Positions 1-10,040 of a DNA stretch of 64,000 nucleotides are shown here, piece after piece (positions within the stretch are counted from its first letter, which is position 1; each line of letters begins with the position of its first letter). This stretch comes from Methylotenera sp. (GTDB lineage: Bacteria; Pseudomonadota; Gammaproteobacteria; Burkholderiales; Methylophilaceae), in NCBI GenBank assembly GCA_035460225.1, contig DATHWX010000022.1, positions 42,250 to 106,249 on the forward strand, given 5' to 3'. The position numbers and the translations under genes are program-made. The notes beneath the pieces are model-generated. The model worked only from the letters and a program-made list of their open reading frames with translations. It was not told the origin of the DNA and did not search any database.

Positions 1-63
1 ACCCTAATTTACAGTGTTTAAAGCCTTGATTAAGTATACTTCCACATAGGGGAGAAACTTAGT

Positions 64-1698
64 ATGTTAAGGGGCAATACGCAGTATCAATACCGTGCTT
101 TTTTAATCACGGTTGGGTTTCCTCTTGGTGCGACCGCCGTTCAATGGTTTCTGTGGCCATTCATTAAGCCATTTTCCTGGTTCATTTATTGGCCAGCCAT
201 CTGTTTATGTATTCTTTGCACTAGTTTTGCCGAAGGTGTTTTTGCCATCTTGTTGGCAAGCTTTTGTGCTTGGTGGTTCTTCGTACCTACGCCTTTGTCT
301 TGGATCAAGCAAAGCTCTTTCTCATATATTAGCCTGCTGATATTCATATCTGCGAATGTCCTGGCTAGCCATTTCTATAACCGTACTAAAAAATCGCGCC
401 AGCGGTCTGAAACCAGTTTGTCCAGGGTCAATACTACTTATCAGCAATTACTCGAATCCCTGGCTGATGGCGTATTCGTAGCGCAAGATTATAAGTTCGT
501 GTTTTTCAATCATGCCATGCCTACCATGCTGGGTTATACCTCATTGGAATTCACCCACATATCTTTTGAGAAAGTCGTCGCCCCGGCATATTTAGATCTG
601 TGGAAGCTTAGGTTTGAACAGCGTATAGAAGGCGAAGCACCGGAAAGATGCTACGAAGTGCAGTTTATACATAAGGAAGGCCATTATGTATGGATCGAAC
701 TGCGTGCAAATCGAACATTGTATTTTGATCGTATGGCGGTACTCGGCATTGTCCGCGATATCAGCTTAAGGAAAAAACACCAGGAGAAACTGCATCTCGC
801 TGACGCGGTATTTCAGAATACCCAAGAAGGTATCGTTATCACAGATCTGCAAAGAAACATCGTATTGTCCAATCCTGCATTCAGCACAATTACCGAATAT
901 AGCGCTGAAGAACTGTCAGGCGCTCATCTACACTTTTTGTATGCACAGGACAAAAACCAGTTAGCCATGGCTGAAAAACAACAATCTTTAGATGAGGCCG
1001 GGTCTTGGCAGGGCGCTTTATGGAAGCGCCGTAAAAGCGGTGATGTTTACCGCGAATGGGTTGTGGTCAGTACTATCCGAAATGAGCAGGGTATGCCATT
1101 GCAATATATTGATATCAGCCTGGATATCAGCAAAATGAAGCATGTAGAAACCCATATGGAATACCTGGCACAGCATGATGCTTTGACTGATTTGCCCAAT
1201 CGCCTATTATTGCACTCACGTCTTAATCACACCTTGGAGCGTGCCAAACGTAAAAATGAGAAGTGCGCTGTGATGTTTATGGATATTGACAAGTTCAAAG
1301 TCATCAACGATACCTATGGCCATGCTGCTGGGGATGAAGTGCTTAAGATTGCTGCAAGCCGTATGAAAGCTCGGATACGCGATACCGATACGCTTGCAAG
1401 GCTAAGCGGCGATGAATTCGTACTGGTTTTAGATGCGATCAACAGCATTGAGGCGGCGGCAGAAGTCGCTAAAGCCATCGTAGAAGCTTTGAATGTTCCT
1501 TGTGAGTTGGCTGACGGGACTATCATTCAAACTGGTATAAGCATAGGCATTAGCATATTTCCGGATGATGGAACACATGCAGCATGGCTACTCAATTTGG
1601 CTGACAAGGCTTTGTACACGGCAAAAAATGGTGGTCGTGGCATGTGGCGTTTCTATAAAAACGATAATACGCCCGAGCGTTCAAACTTTAGGCGCTAA
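64..1698 (+). CDS. Membrane-anchored PAS-PAS diguanylate cyclase (N-terminal DUF4118-like TM region, SGDEF variant)
   Basis: Several N-terminal hydrophobic helices, two PAS/PAC segments, HDALTDLPNR, DIDKFKVINDTYGH, RLSGDEF and RxxD I-site (RDTD). Confidence 0.9.
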   Translation: MLRGNTQYQYRAFLITVGFPLGATAVQWFLWPFIKPFSWFIYWPAICLCILCTSFAEGVFAILLASFCAWWFFVPTPLSWIKQSSFSYISLLIFISANVLASHFYNRTKKSRQRSETSLSRVNTTYQQLLESLADGVFVAQDYKFVFFNHAMPTMLGYTSLEFTHISFEKVVAPAYLDLWKLRFEQRIEGEAPERCYEVQFIHKEGHYVWIELRANRTLYFDRMAVLGIVRDISLRKKHQEKLHLADAVFQNTQEGIVITDLQRNIVLSNPAFSTITEYSAEELSGAHLHFLYAQDKNQLAMAEKQQSLDEAGSWQGALWKRRKSGDVYREWVVVSTIRNEQGMPLQYIDISLDISKMKHVETHMEYLAQHDALTDLPNRLLLHSRLNHTLERAKRKNEKCAVMFMDIDKFKVINDTYGHAAGDEVLKIAASRMKARIRDTDTLARLSGDEFVLVLDAINSIEAAAEVAKAIVEALNVPCELADGTIIQTGISIGISIFPDDGTHAAWLLNLADKALYTAKNGGRGMWRFYKNDNTPERSNFRR

Positions 1699-2794
1699 TG
1701 CCATGCTGTGCCAACGCCCACATAACATGTTCACGTAATACTGTCGATGCATCATTGCTACGCTTTTGCAATGCGTTAATAACCTGTTCAGAAGTTATAG
1801 CATTGCCTAATCCTATTGCAATGTTCCGCAGCCATTGTGTATAGCCGATACGGTAGATCGCACTTCCAGCCATCTTTTGCTTGAACATTTCCTCTGACCA
1901 GCTGAAGCATTCAACCAGGCTAATATTATCCAGCCCATGTTTAACCTGGAAGTCCGGTTCTTTAGTGATTTCAGCAAATTTGTTCCAAGGACAGGTTAAC
2001 TGGCAGTCATCGCAGCCATACACGCGGTTACCTATGAGTGGCCGGAATTCAACAGGAATGCTGTCTTTAAGCTCAATAGTCAGATATGAGATGCAGCGTC
2101 GTGCATCGACTTCATACGGCGCGGTGATGGCTTTAGTAGGGCAGATATCGATACAGCTTGTGCAAGTGCCACAATGCGATGATGTAGGGGCATCAATAGT
2201 GAGCGGTAGGTTGGTATATATCTCCCCTAAAAAGAACCAGGAACCGCGGTTTTTATTGATGAGCAGCGTATGTTTACCGCGCCATCCCAGGCCAGCTTTT
2301 TCTGCTAGGGCTACTTCTAACACCGGTGCGCTATCGGTAAACACCCGGTATTCAAATGTGCTATTAGATATGAACTGATTTTCCTGCAGTAATTTGAGTT
2401 CAGACTGTATTTTTTCACTGAGCTTTTGCAGTTTGTTGCGCATCACTTTGTGATAATCCCGGCCCAAAGCGTAACGCGAAATAAAGGCTCTTCCGCTATC
2501 TTGCATGACCTCTTCACTATCAGCCGCATTAGGTGGCAAGTAATCCAGACGGGCCGAAATCACACGTAGCGTATTAGGCACCAATTCTTCAGGGCGGGTA
2601 CGCTTCACGCCATGTTTTGCCATATAATCCATTTCACCATGAAAACCTTTAGCGATCCAGGCTTGATGTTCAACCTCAGCATGCTGCAAATCAGTATCGG
2701 TGATACCTATCTGGTCAAAACCCAATTCAAGACCCCAGCGCTTGATATCAGCGCTGAGCTTGCTAAAGTCGTTATTGTCTGTAGAGATCGCCAT
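1688..2794 (-). CDS. queG: tRNA epoxyqueuosine(34) reductase QueG
   Basis: ISRYALGRDYH, CGTCTSCIDICPT and YGCDDCQLTCPWN Fe-S motifs. Start moved to Met44 of the ORF (ATG at 2794). Confidence 0.95.
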   Translation of the reverse strand: MAISTDNNDFSKLSADIKRWGLELGFDQIGITDTDLQHAEVEHQAWIAKGFHGEMDYMAKHGVKRTRPEELVPNTLRVISARLDYLPPNAADSEEVMQDSGRAFISRYALGRDYHKVMRNKLQKLSEKIQSELKLLQENQFISNSTFEYRVFTDSAPVLEVALAEKAGLGWRGKHTLLINKNRGSWFFLGEIYTNLPLTIDAPTSSHCGTCTSCIDICPTKAITAPYEVDARRCISYLTIELKDSIPVEFRPLIGNRVYGCDDCQLTCPWNKFAEITKEPDFQVKHGLDNISLVECFSWSEEMFKQKMAGSAIYRIGYTQWLRNIAIGLGNAITSEQVINALQKRSNDASTVLREHVMWALAQHGISA

Positions 2795-3284
2795 GAGTGA
2801 TAATTTTACACTTGATTTAGCCGATGAAGCGGCAACGCTGGATTTTGGCGGTGCATTGGCAAAGGCATTGCAGCCAGGTTTGATCATGTATCTGCATGGG
2901 AATTTAGGCGCAGGTAAAACCACGCTGGTACGCGGCTTGTTGCATGCGGCAGGGCATCCCGGTAAGGTAAAAAGCCCGACCTATACCTTGGTAGAGCCTT
3001 ATTTGCTGGGCGCTTACAATATTTACCATTTTGATTTATACCGTTTTACGGATGATGAAGAATGGGAAGCTGCAGGTTTCAGGGATTACTTTAATCCGCA
3101 AAGTGTGTGTATCATTGAGTGGCCTGAAAAAGCAGAGAATGTATTGCCGGTTCCGGATGTTAATATTACTTTTACAATCAAGGAATCAGGCCGCACAGTA
3201 CGTTTATATGCACACTCCGAGTCTGGGCAGCGGTATTTGGATATCATTAGCAAAAACTACAATAACAAAGCTAAAAATAGCTAG
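2793..3284 (+). CDS. tsaE: tRNA threonylcarbamoyladenosine biosynthesis ATPase TsaE
   Basis: GNLGAGKTT P-loop, VKSPTYTLVE, HFDLYR, IIEWPE. Start at Met32 of the ORF. Confidence 0.95.
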   Translation: MSDNFTLDLADEAATLDFGGALAKALQPGLIMYLHGNLGAGKTTLVRGLLHAAGHPGKVKSPTYTLVEPYLLGAYNIYHFDLYRFTDDEEWEAAGFRDYFNPQSVCIIEWPEKAENVLPVPDVNITFTIKESGRTVRLYAHSESGQRYLDIISKNYNNKAKNS

Positions 3285-3327
3285 GTTTAATATCTAGATT
3301 AAATATTAGTATAACTAGATTTAATAT
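3281..3327. repeat. Three imperfect 13-bp direct repeats between tsaE and amiC
   Basis: ctaggtttaatat 3281-3293, ctagattaaatat 3294-3306, ctagatttaatat 3315-3327. Confidence 0.7.
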
Positions 3328-4834
3328 GAGGCATATGCAATTGTTTAAAAGCTTAATTTCTTGTATTGCCATTCTGGCCCTTGGCCTGTTTTCCAGTTCA
3401 ATATTTGCAGCCAATAGTGTGACTGCTGCCCGGGTATGGCCAGCTCAGGACTACACCCGTATCACGCTGGAAGCCAATAGTCCTATCACTTATAAAATGT
3501 CCATCATTAAGGATCCGGATAGGATTGTAATTGACATCAATGATATCGATTTGAACACGGCGTTAAAGACCTTAACCGATAAGATTCTATCCAGCGATCC
3601 TTATATCAAGCAGGTGCGTGTCGGTAAATTCAAGCCTGGCGTAGTGCGCCTAGTTGTAGACCTCAAAACGGAAGTCAAGCCAAATGCCTTTACTTTGCCG
3701 CCAGCGGGTGAGTACAAGAATCGGCTAGTGCTGGATATTTATCCTGTAAAAGACCCACTGATGGCAATGCTGGAACAGCGCGAAACGCCAAGCACTAATC
3801 AAGCAGGCATCAATAATCCAAGCGGTACGAATCCAGGGTCTACTAATCCCGGATCTAATAATCCAAATTCCACAAATTCAAATTCCACAAATTCAAATTC
3901 GGCAACTTCCCCAAACAGCGTACATGGTCAAGGCTATTCTATTAGCGCCTCTGAACCTAAAGCGGTAGTTGAGCCACTGCCGACACCAGATGCGGATACT
4001 GCAGATGAAATAGCCATTTCAGAATTACCTAAACCTGAAATAGTAAAACCTGAAGCTAATAAACCCACAGAAGTTATCAAATCGCCGGAAAACGTAAAAC
4101 CGCTGACTAAAGAAAGTCTGCGTGAGATCGTGATTGCCATCGATGCGGGTCATGGCGGTGAGGACCCTGGTGCCCGTGGCGCGAATGGTAGCCATGAAAA
4201 AGATATCACACTAATGGTAGCAAAACGCTTAAAGGCCAAAATCGACAGCGAACCTGGCATGCGCGGAGTGTTGACTCGAGATGGCGATTACTTTATTCCC
4301 TTGCATGGCCGCGTGGTTAAAGCGCGTAAATTGCAGGCGGACCTATTCGTATCTATCCATGCTGATGCCTTTACCAACCAGGCAGCACGTGGATCATCTG
4401 TGTTTGCATTGTCCGAACGCGGCGCTACCAGTGCCAGTGCGCGTTATCTGGCTAAAAAGGAAAATGAATCTGATTTAATCGGTGGCGTAAGCCTCGATGA
4501 TAAAGACCCCGTGCTGGCAAGAACCTTGCTGGACCTTTCTCAAACTGCCACAATTAATGACAGCTTGAAACTAGGCAAGGCCGTACTCGGACATATAGGC
4601 GAGATCAATACATTGCATAAAAATCATGTAGAGCAAGCTGGCTTTGCAGTGCTGAAATCACCGGATATCCCTTCTATCCTGGTGGAAACTGCGTTTATCA
4701 GCAATCCGGAAGAAGAGCGTAAATTAAATGACGAGGCTTACCAAGATAAATTGGTCAATTCGATTCTATCTGGTATCAAAAAATACTTTGCGACCAATCC
4801 GGCTCTTGCGCGCACCAAAGTCGCCAAAGAATAA
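3326..4834 (+). CDS. amiC: N-acetylmuramoyl-L-alanine amidase (AMIN + Amidase_3)
   Basis: Signal peptide, AMIN domain (RVWPAQDYTRITLE), IAIDAGHGGEDPGA, SIHADA, SILVETAFISN; sits in the tsaE-ami-mutL-miaA gene order. Confidence 0.9.
   Translation: MRHMQLFKSLISCIAILALGLFSSSIFAANSVTAARVWPAQDYTRITLEANSPITYKMSIIKDPDRIVIDINDIDLNTALKTLTDKILSSDPYIKQVRVGKFKPGVVRLVVDLKTEVKPNAFTLPPAGEYKNRLVLDIYPVKDPLMAMLEQRETPSTNQAGINNPSGTNPGSTNPGSNNPNSTNSNSTNSNSATSPNSVHGQGYSISASEPKAVVEPLPTPDADTADEIAISELPKPEIVKPEANKPTEVIKSPENVKPLTKESLREIVIAIDAGHGGEDPGARGANGSHEKDITLMVAKRLKAKIDSEPGMRGVLTRDGDYFIPLHGRVVKARKLQADLFVSIHADAFTNQAARGSSVFALSERGATSASARYLAKKENESDLIGGVSLDDKDPVLARTLLDLSQTATINDSLKLGKAVLGHIGEINTLHKNHVEQAGFAVLKSPDIPSILVETAFISNPEEERKLNDEAYQDKLVNSILSGIKKYFATNPALARTKVAKE
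3812..3915 (+). repeat. Imperfect 15-bp (5-codon) tandem repeat in the amidase linker
   Basis: Encodes NNPSG-TNPGS-TNPGS-NNPNS-TNSNS-TNSNS-ATSPN; aaattccacaaattc is repeated exactly. Confidence 0.8.
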
Positions 4835-4857
4835 TTTAAGGGAGAAAATAGTTAAAG

Positions 4858-6405
4858 CTATTTTCTTTTCCTCACTAAGTAATCCTGCTCTCTGGCAGTA
4901 TCCCCATATCCAGCCTGGGTAAGTAGGGCGCCTTCAATATAGCGGCTCACCAGCTGCCGCAACGCTACGACCTTATCACCATCTATAAAAATCTTAGGAA
5001 ATTTAAAGCTCAGCCAGGCATATAGGCTAAGATTATGGGAAAGCAATTCCGCCACTTCCAGATGTTTAGGGCTTTTTGACTCAAGCCAGACAGGCGCAAT
5101 AGGAAGGTGACGTATCTGCGAAGCGGCAACGCTTTTAAGGCAAAGCAGGTAATAGTCTTTTTCATAGGCTACATTCAAGGCAATCGGTGCGCAGACAAAA
5201 ATGTATTTATCTTTCAGTGACATATCAGGCGCAAACTCATCTACTAATATGCCTTGTGAAATCTGCGTGCCTATAGGTGCAGAAACAAATAAATCGTCAT
5301 TGAATTTCTGCCTGTCATGCATATAGGCCAGCACTTCTGAAATCTTGCGGGTATGCAATTTGCGCCCTAACTTTTCCGCATCGCCAAAAGTAATGCCAAT
5401 CGGCAGCTTTGTTAAATCCGAGCGGTCATCAGTGGTCAGCATGTGCTCAATATGAATGAGTTCATCATCTTCCAGCACGCTCACATACCCAGTCGGGTAA
5501 ATGCCAAAGCGGCCTGCACGTCCGGCAATCTGCCGTACTTCTGTTGCATTCAGTAAGCGTGAAGCAACGCCGTCAAACTTATGTGTGGCGGAAAATATCA
5601 CGCGGCGAATGGTCAAGTTCAAGCCCATTCCTATCGCGTCGGTTGCTACCAGGATGTCAGCATCGTCATTGCAGAACCGCTTAGACTCCGTACGTCGCAC
5701 TTCAGGCGCTAATGCACCATAGATGCTAGCTACACTAAAACCCCATTGCCGAAAGCGTGCGGATAAAGTCAGCACATCCTTGCGGCTAAATGCAATCACC
5801 GCGTCCCCTTTTTGCAGTTTGGGTTTCAGCTTTTGCTTACTGTAATGCTTACCGCACAGGCTTTCATGCTCAACGACCAGGGGTGTGAGGCGCTCGGTGC
5901 GGGTAATCTCATAAGATTCATTTAAGGCCTCTATAGCTTTAATACAGGGTTTTGTGACAGCATTCGAACCGCAATTGAATACTTGGCTAGCAGGCGCGCC
6001 AATCAAGGCGTTAGTCCAAGCCGAGCCGCGATCAGGGTCTTGCAGCATCTGTATCTCATCGATCACAGCAACTTCAACTTGTTTAGATGGGTTCATCATC
6101 TCAATGGTAGAAGCGGTATGCTGCGCGCCTTGCATTAATACACGCTCTTCACCAGTAATGAGATTACAGGGCACACCGGCGGCAACCAAGCGATCGCGAA
6201 TCTCCATGGCAAGCAGACGTAAAGGCGCCAAGTAAATGCCCGAACTTGCGTTTTCCAGTGCGACTAAAGCATGGTGTGTTTTGCCGGAATTAGTAGGCCC
6301 CAGGTAAAAATGATGGTGGCGTTTTAAGCTGCGAGCCAGCGGGAATTGTTGGGAATAGGCGCTGCTATATTGATTATTGGTTTGTTCGTGAGAGCCATTC
6401 TGCAT
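4858..6405 (-). CDS. SUV3-family SF2 RNA/DNA helicase
   Basis: LGPTNSGKT, YLAPLRLLA, LITGEE, VIDEIQ, ATDAIGMGLNL and QIAGRAGR are SUV3-type motifs. Start uncertain (6405 or 6435). Confidence 0.85.
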   Translation of the reverse strand: MQNGSHEQTNNQYSSAYSQQFPLARSLKRHHHFYLGPTNSGKTHHALVALENASSGIYLAPLRLLAMEIRDRLVAAGVPCNLITGEERVLMQGAQHTASTIEMMNPSKQVEVAVIDEIQMLQDPDRGSAWTNALIGAPASQVFNCGSNAVTKPCIKAIEALNESYEITRTERLTPLVVEHESLCGKHYSKQKLKPKLQKGDAVIAFSRKDVLTLSARFRQWGFSVASIYGALAPEVRRTESKRFCNDDADILVATDAIGMGLNLTIRRVIFSATHKFDGVASRLLNATEVRQIAGRAGRFGIYPTGYVSVLEDDELIHIEHMLTTDDRSDLTKLPIGITFGDAEKLGRKLHTRKISEVLAYMHDRQKFNDDLFVSAPIGTQISQGILVDEFAPDMSLKDKYIFVCAPIALNVAYEKDYYLLCLKSVAASQIRHLPIAPVWLESKSPKHLEVAELLSHNLSLYAWLSFKFPKIFIDGDKVVALRQLVSRYIEGALLTQAGYGDTAREQDYLVRKRK

Positions 6406-6512
6406 AGCGCTGAATGTAACGCAAGATGCCAACATTGGCTATAAAATATTGTGTATATTAGTGTCATACTTATCCCAAACTATTCGTATTAAGTGCTAGA
6501 AGGATTCCGCAT

Positions 6513-7535
6513 ATGAAAGCTATCGGTCTGACTCGTTACCTGCCCATTGAAGATGTTGCATCGCTAATGGATCTAGAACTGGAAATCCCTAAACCCATCG
6601 GTCGGGACCTGCTTGTTAATATCCAAGCGATTGCCGTGAACCCGATTGATACCAAGATTCGTAAACCTAAAGATAAAGTTGAAGAGTCTCCCAAAATCTT
6701 GGGTTGGGATGCTGCAGGTATCGTTGTAGATACGGGTTCAGAAGCCAGCTTGTTCAATGTGGGCGATAAAGTGTTTTATGCAGGGGAATTGAATCGTAGC
6801 GGCACCAATGCTGAATACCAGCTCGTAGATGAGCGCTTGGTCGGACATATGCCGCAAACGCTGACGATGGAGCAGGGTGCTGCGTTGCCATTGACGTCGG
6901 TAACGGCTTGGGAGTGCTTATTTGATAGGCTGGGGATCGTTGAAGACCCTGCCAAGAATCATGGTAAAAGTATCCTGATAATCGGTGGCGCTGGCGGTGT
7001 AGGTTCTATTGCGATACAGCTCGCTAAAAAAGTAGCCGGGCTGCAGGTAGTTACTACTGCATCACGTCCGGAAACTATTCAATGGGTTAAGGAACTGGGT
7101 GCGGATGAAGTCATTAACCATCGTCAGGACCTTATCCCTCAAATGAATGCGCATCAAATACCGCTTGTGGATTACATTCTGTGCAATAGCAGTACCGATG
7201 AGTATTACCAAACGATGGTGCAATTAATCAAACCACAGGGAAAGATATGCGCGCTAGTCGACGCTGAAAAGTCTCTGAACCTTACGTTGTTGAAAGGTAA
7301 AAGCGCGACTTTCGTTTGGGAATCGATGTTTACCCGTTCAACTTATAAAACGGATGACATGATAGCGCAGCATCAAATCCTCGAACGCATTTCCAGGTTG
7401 GTAGACCATGGCACATTAAAAACTACGGTCAATGAAATCAAGAAGCCTATTAATGCTGAAAACTTGCGTGCAGCCCACGCCCAGCTTGAATCTGGCAGTA
7501 CGATTGGGAAAATCGTTCTATCTGGTTGGATTTAA
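6513..7535 (+). CDS. Zinc-binding alcohol dehydrogenase/quinone oxidoreductase family (MDR) protein
   Basis: AVNPIDTK, ILGWDAAG, IIGGAGGVGS, GKIVL C-terminus. Confidence 0.9.
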   Translation: MKAIGLTRYLPIEDVASLMDLELEIPKPIGRDLLVNIQAIAVNPIDTKIRKPKDKVEESPKILGWDAAGIVVDTGSEASLFNVGDKVFYAGELNRSGTNAEYQLVDERLVGHMPQTLTMEQGAALPLTSVTAWECLFDRLGIVEDPAKNHGKSILIIGGAGGVGSIAIQLAKKVAGLQVVTTASRPETIQWVKELGADEVINHRQDLIPQMNAHQIPLVDYILCNSSTDEYYQTMVQLIKPQGKICALVDAEKSLNLTLLKGKSATFVWESMFTRSTYKTDDMIAQHQILERISRLVDHGTLKTTVNEIKKPINAENLRAAHAQLESGSTIGKIVLSGWI

Positions 7536-7632
7536 TATAATTCGTTACCGTAAGGGGTGATGCAGGTAAAATGCGAATGTATTAATACTCAATAGCCGTA
7601 TAAAAATAAACCCGAAACGAACCTAGAAAGTT

Positions 7633-9486
7633 ATGCAAATACGCCTGAACGCTATTCGATTACTACCTGACCAGCTTATCAGCCAAATTGCCGCAGGTGA
7701 GGTAGTAGAACGTCCGGCCTCTGCGCTTAAAGAATTGCTGGAAAACAGCCTGGATGCCGGTAGCACCGATATCCAGGTGTCGCTATTACAAGGCGGTGTT
7801 AAACAATTAAGGGTAGCTGATAATGGCAGCGGTATCGCGCAAGATGATTTAGCGATGGCGCTCACTAGGCATGCCACCAGCAAGATTGCCACATTAGAAG
7901 ATTTGGAAGCAGTAGGCAGTCTCGGTTTCCGCGGTGAAGCGCTCGCTAGCATCGCTTCGGTCTCACGTACACAAATCAGCAGCAGAGGGTTAGAAACCAA
8001 ACATGCCTGGCGTATCAGCTCTAATGGTAGCGAGATATCTCCTATTGAACCCGCCGCGTTAGACGGCGGCACTGTCATTGAAGTGAATGACCTATATTTC
8101 AATACACCAGCACGACGCAAATTCCTGAAAACAGAAGGTACGGAGTTCGGCCATTGCGAAGAGGCGTTTCATCGTGTTGCGCTCTCAAGGCCAGATGTAG
8201 CTTTTATGCTGCAACACAATGGCAGGGCATTAAGCCGTTATGCTATCAGCCCGCCGGAAAAACGCTTTAGTGAAGTATTAGGCGCAGAGTTTGCCGCAGA
8301 ATCCATCGCCCTGGATGAATCTGCCGCTGGTTTGCGCTTATGGGGCATTGCTGCCAAACCCACTTACAACCGCAATAGCCGCGATACGCAATATGTCTAT
8401 GTAAACGGGCGTTTTGTGCGTGACAAGCTCTTGGCGCATGCTATACGCCAGGCTTATCAGGATGTGCTGCATCATGATCGCCATCCGGCTTTCGTGCTGT
8501 TCCTTGAGCTAGACCCAAATCTGGTCGATGTGAATGTACATCCCAGCAAAACAGAAGTCAGGTTTAGGGATGGTCAAGCTATTCACCGTTTCATATTCCA
8601 TTCGTTACATAAAGCGTTGGCCACACCAACTGGTGTTTCCAATGCGGTAACGGCAAGTCAGGCGGCACATAATCCATTCAGTAATGGATCGTTTCAAAAC
8701 GGCCAGACTCAAAATTATCCTACTTACCAATCGCAGATTAATTTGGCTGCAAATGAACCCAGCAATTTTTACCAAACCTTATTTGGTGCTAATGCTAATG
8801 CTAATGCTTCAAGCAATAGCTTGAACAATGAGCGCCAGTTTGCCAGCCCAGTATGCTATGCCGAAGAATTTAAAAGCCAAACTCCGGAAGACTTTCCGTT
8901 AGGCTTTGCCGTGGCACAAATTCATGGCGTCTACGTGCTGGCGCAAAACAAACTGGGTTTGGTGGTGGTGGATATGCACGCAGCACATGAGCGCATCATG
9001 TACGAAAAGCTCAAGAATGCTCTCGACCATAAAACCGTGCCTATGCAGCCGTTATTGATACCTGTTAGCTTCAATGCAGATAGGTTAGAAGTGGCAACCG
9101 TGCAGGAAGCACTGGCAAGTAATGACAGCAGCCTGCAGCAGCTAGGCTTTGATATTGCCGTATTGTCGCCCACTACGTTGGCTGTGCGTGCCGTTCCTAC
9201 TATGCTGCAAGATGCCGATGCAGTCACTTTAGCCCGTGACGTTCTCAAAGACCTGCGAGAATACGGTGCCAGCCGCGCATTGACCGAGCGCCGTAATGAG
9301 CTGCTAGGCACTATGGCTTGTCACGCTGCTGTACGTGCGAATCGTATCCTCACAATCCCTGAAATGAATGCTCTGTTACGCGATATGGAAGCTACGGAAC
9401 GAAGTGGTATGTGCAATCATGGCCGTCCAACTTGGTTTCAAGTAGCTATGAGCGATCTAGATAAGATGTTCATGCGAGGGAAGTAA
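7633..9486 (+). CDS. mutL: DNA mismatch repair endonuclease MutL
   Basis: IAAGEVVERPASALKELLENSLDAG, GFRGEALASI, DMHAAHER endonuclease motif, ACH, CNHGRP. Confidence 0.98.
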   Translation: MQIRLNAIRLLPDQLISQIAAGEVVERPASALKELLENSLDAGSTDIQVSLLQGGVKQLRVADNGSGIAQDDLAMALTRHATSKIATLEDLEAVGSLGFRGEALASIASVSRTQISSRGLETKHAWRISSNGSEISPIEPAALDGGTVIEVNDLYFNTPARRKFLKTEGTEFGHCEEAFHRVALSRPDVAFMLQHNGRALSRYAISPPEKRFSEVLGAEFAAESIALDESAAGLRLWGIAAKPTYNRNSRDTQYVYVNGRFVRDKLLAHAIRQAYQDVLHHDRHPAFVLFLELDPNLVDVNVHPSKTEVRFRDGQAIHRFIFHSLHKALATPTGVSNAVTASQAAHNPFSNGSFQNGQTQNYPTYQSQINLAANEPSNFYQTLFGANANANASSNSLNNERQFASPVCYAEEFKSQTPEDFPLGFAVAQIHGVYVLAQNKLGLVVVDMHAAHERIMYEKLKNALDHKTVPMQPLLIPVSFNADRLEVATVQEALASNDSSLQQLGFDIAVLSPTTLAVRAVPTMLQDADAVTLARDVLKDLREYGASRALTERRNELLGTMACHAAVRANRILTIPEMNALLRDMEATERSGMCNHGRPTWFQVAMSDLDKMFMRGK

Positions 9487-10040
9487 TGCGTCAAGAAGGT
9501 AAAATTATTAAATGGTTTGATGACAAAGGTTATGGGTTTATTTGTCCTAAAGATAGCAATGAGCAAATTTTTGCCCATATCAGTGCTTTCCCAAAATTAG
9601 AAAAACGACCAGAAATTGATGAGGCAGTTACTTATCAAATAATAAAAGATACTAAAAAGGGATTTCAGGCACAAAATGTTTTATACATTAATCGACCTAC
9701 TAGTAACAAAATTCAACGCGGTTCGAAAATAACAAATAAAAAAAATCATAATCTTGTATTTATTTTGTCTCTAGCCATTTTTGTAACTTTTATCTTTCTT
9801 AAAGATATGAGTTTTACTAGTAATAGACTACAAGCATCGTCTTCTTCCATAGATGCAACAAATTCTATCGAAGCTCATAATGGAGTTGATAGCCATCGAT
9901 ATCGTTGTGCCAATAAAACGAGTTGTTCGCAAATGGCATCATGCGAAGAAGCTAAATATTATCTAAATAATTGTCCTGGAACAATTATGGACGGTGATGG
10001 CGATGGTTTGCCATGTGAAGATCAATGGTGCGGGCATTAA
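9486..10040 (+). CDS. Cold-shock domain / TM helix / Excalibur Ca-binding domain protein
   Basis: GKIIKWFDDKGYGFI and IFAHISAF (RNP1/RNP2), one TM helix, C-terminal CSQMASCEEA...MDGDGDGLPCE. Confidence 0.85.
   Translation: MRQEGKIIKWFDDKGYGFICPKDSNEQIFAHISAFPKLEKRPEIDEAVTYQIIKDTKKGFQAQNVLYINRPTSNKIQRGSKITNKKNHNLVFILSLAIFVTFIFLKDMSFTSNRLQASSSSIDATNSIEAHNGVDSHRYRCANKTSCSQMASCEEAKYYLNNCPGTIMDGDGDGLPCEDQWCGH

Noticed and set aside
3812-3915. Repeats in amiC or in intergenic regions as a CRISPR array
   Set aside because: No unique spacers, units too short, and no cas genes in the window.
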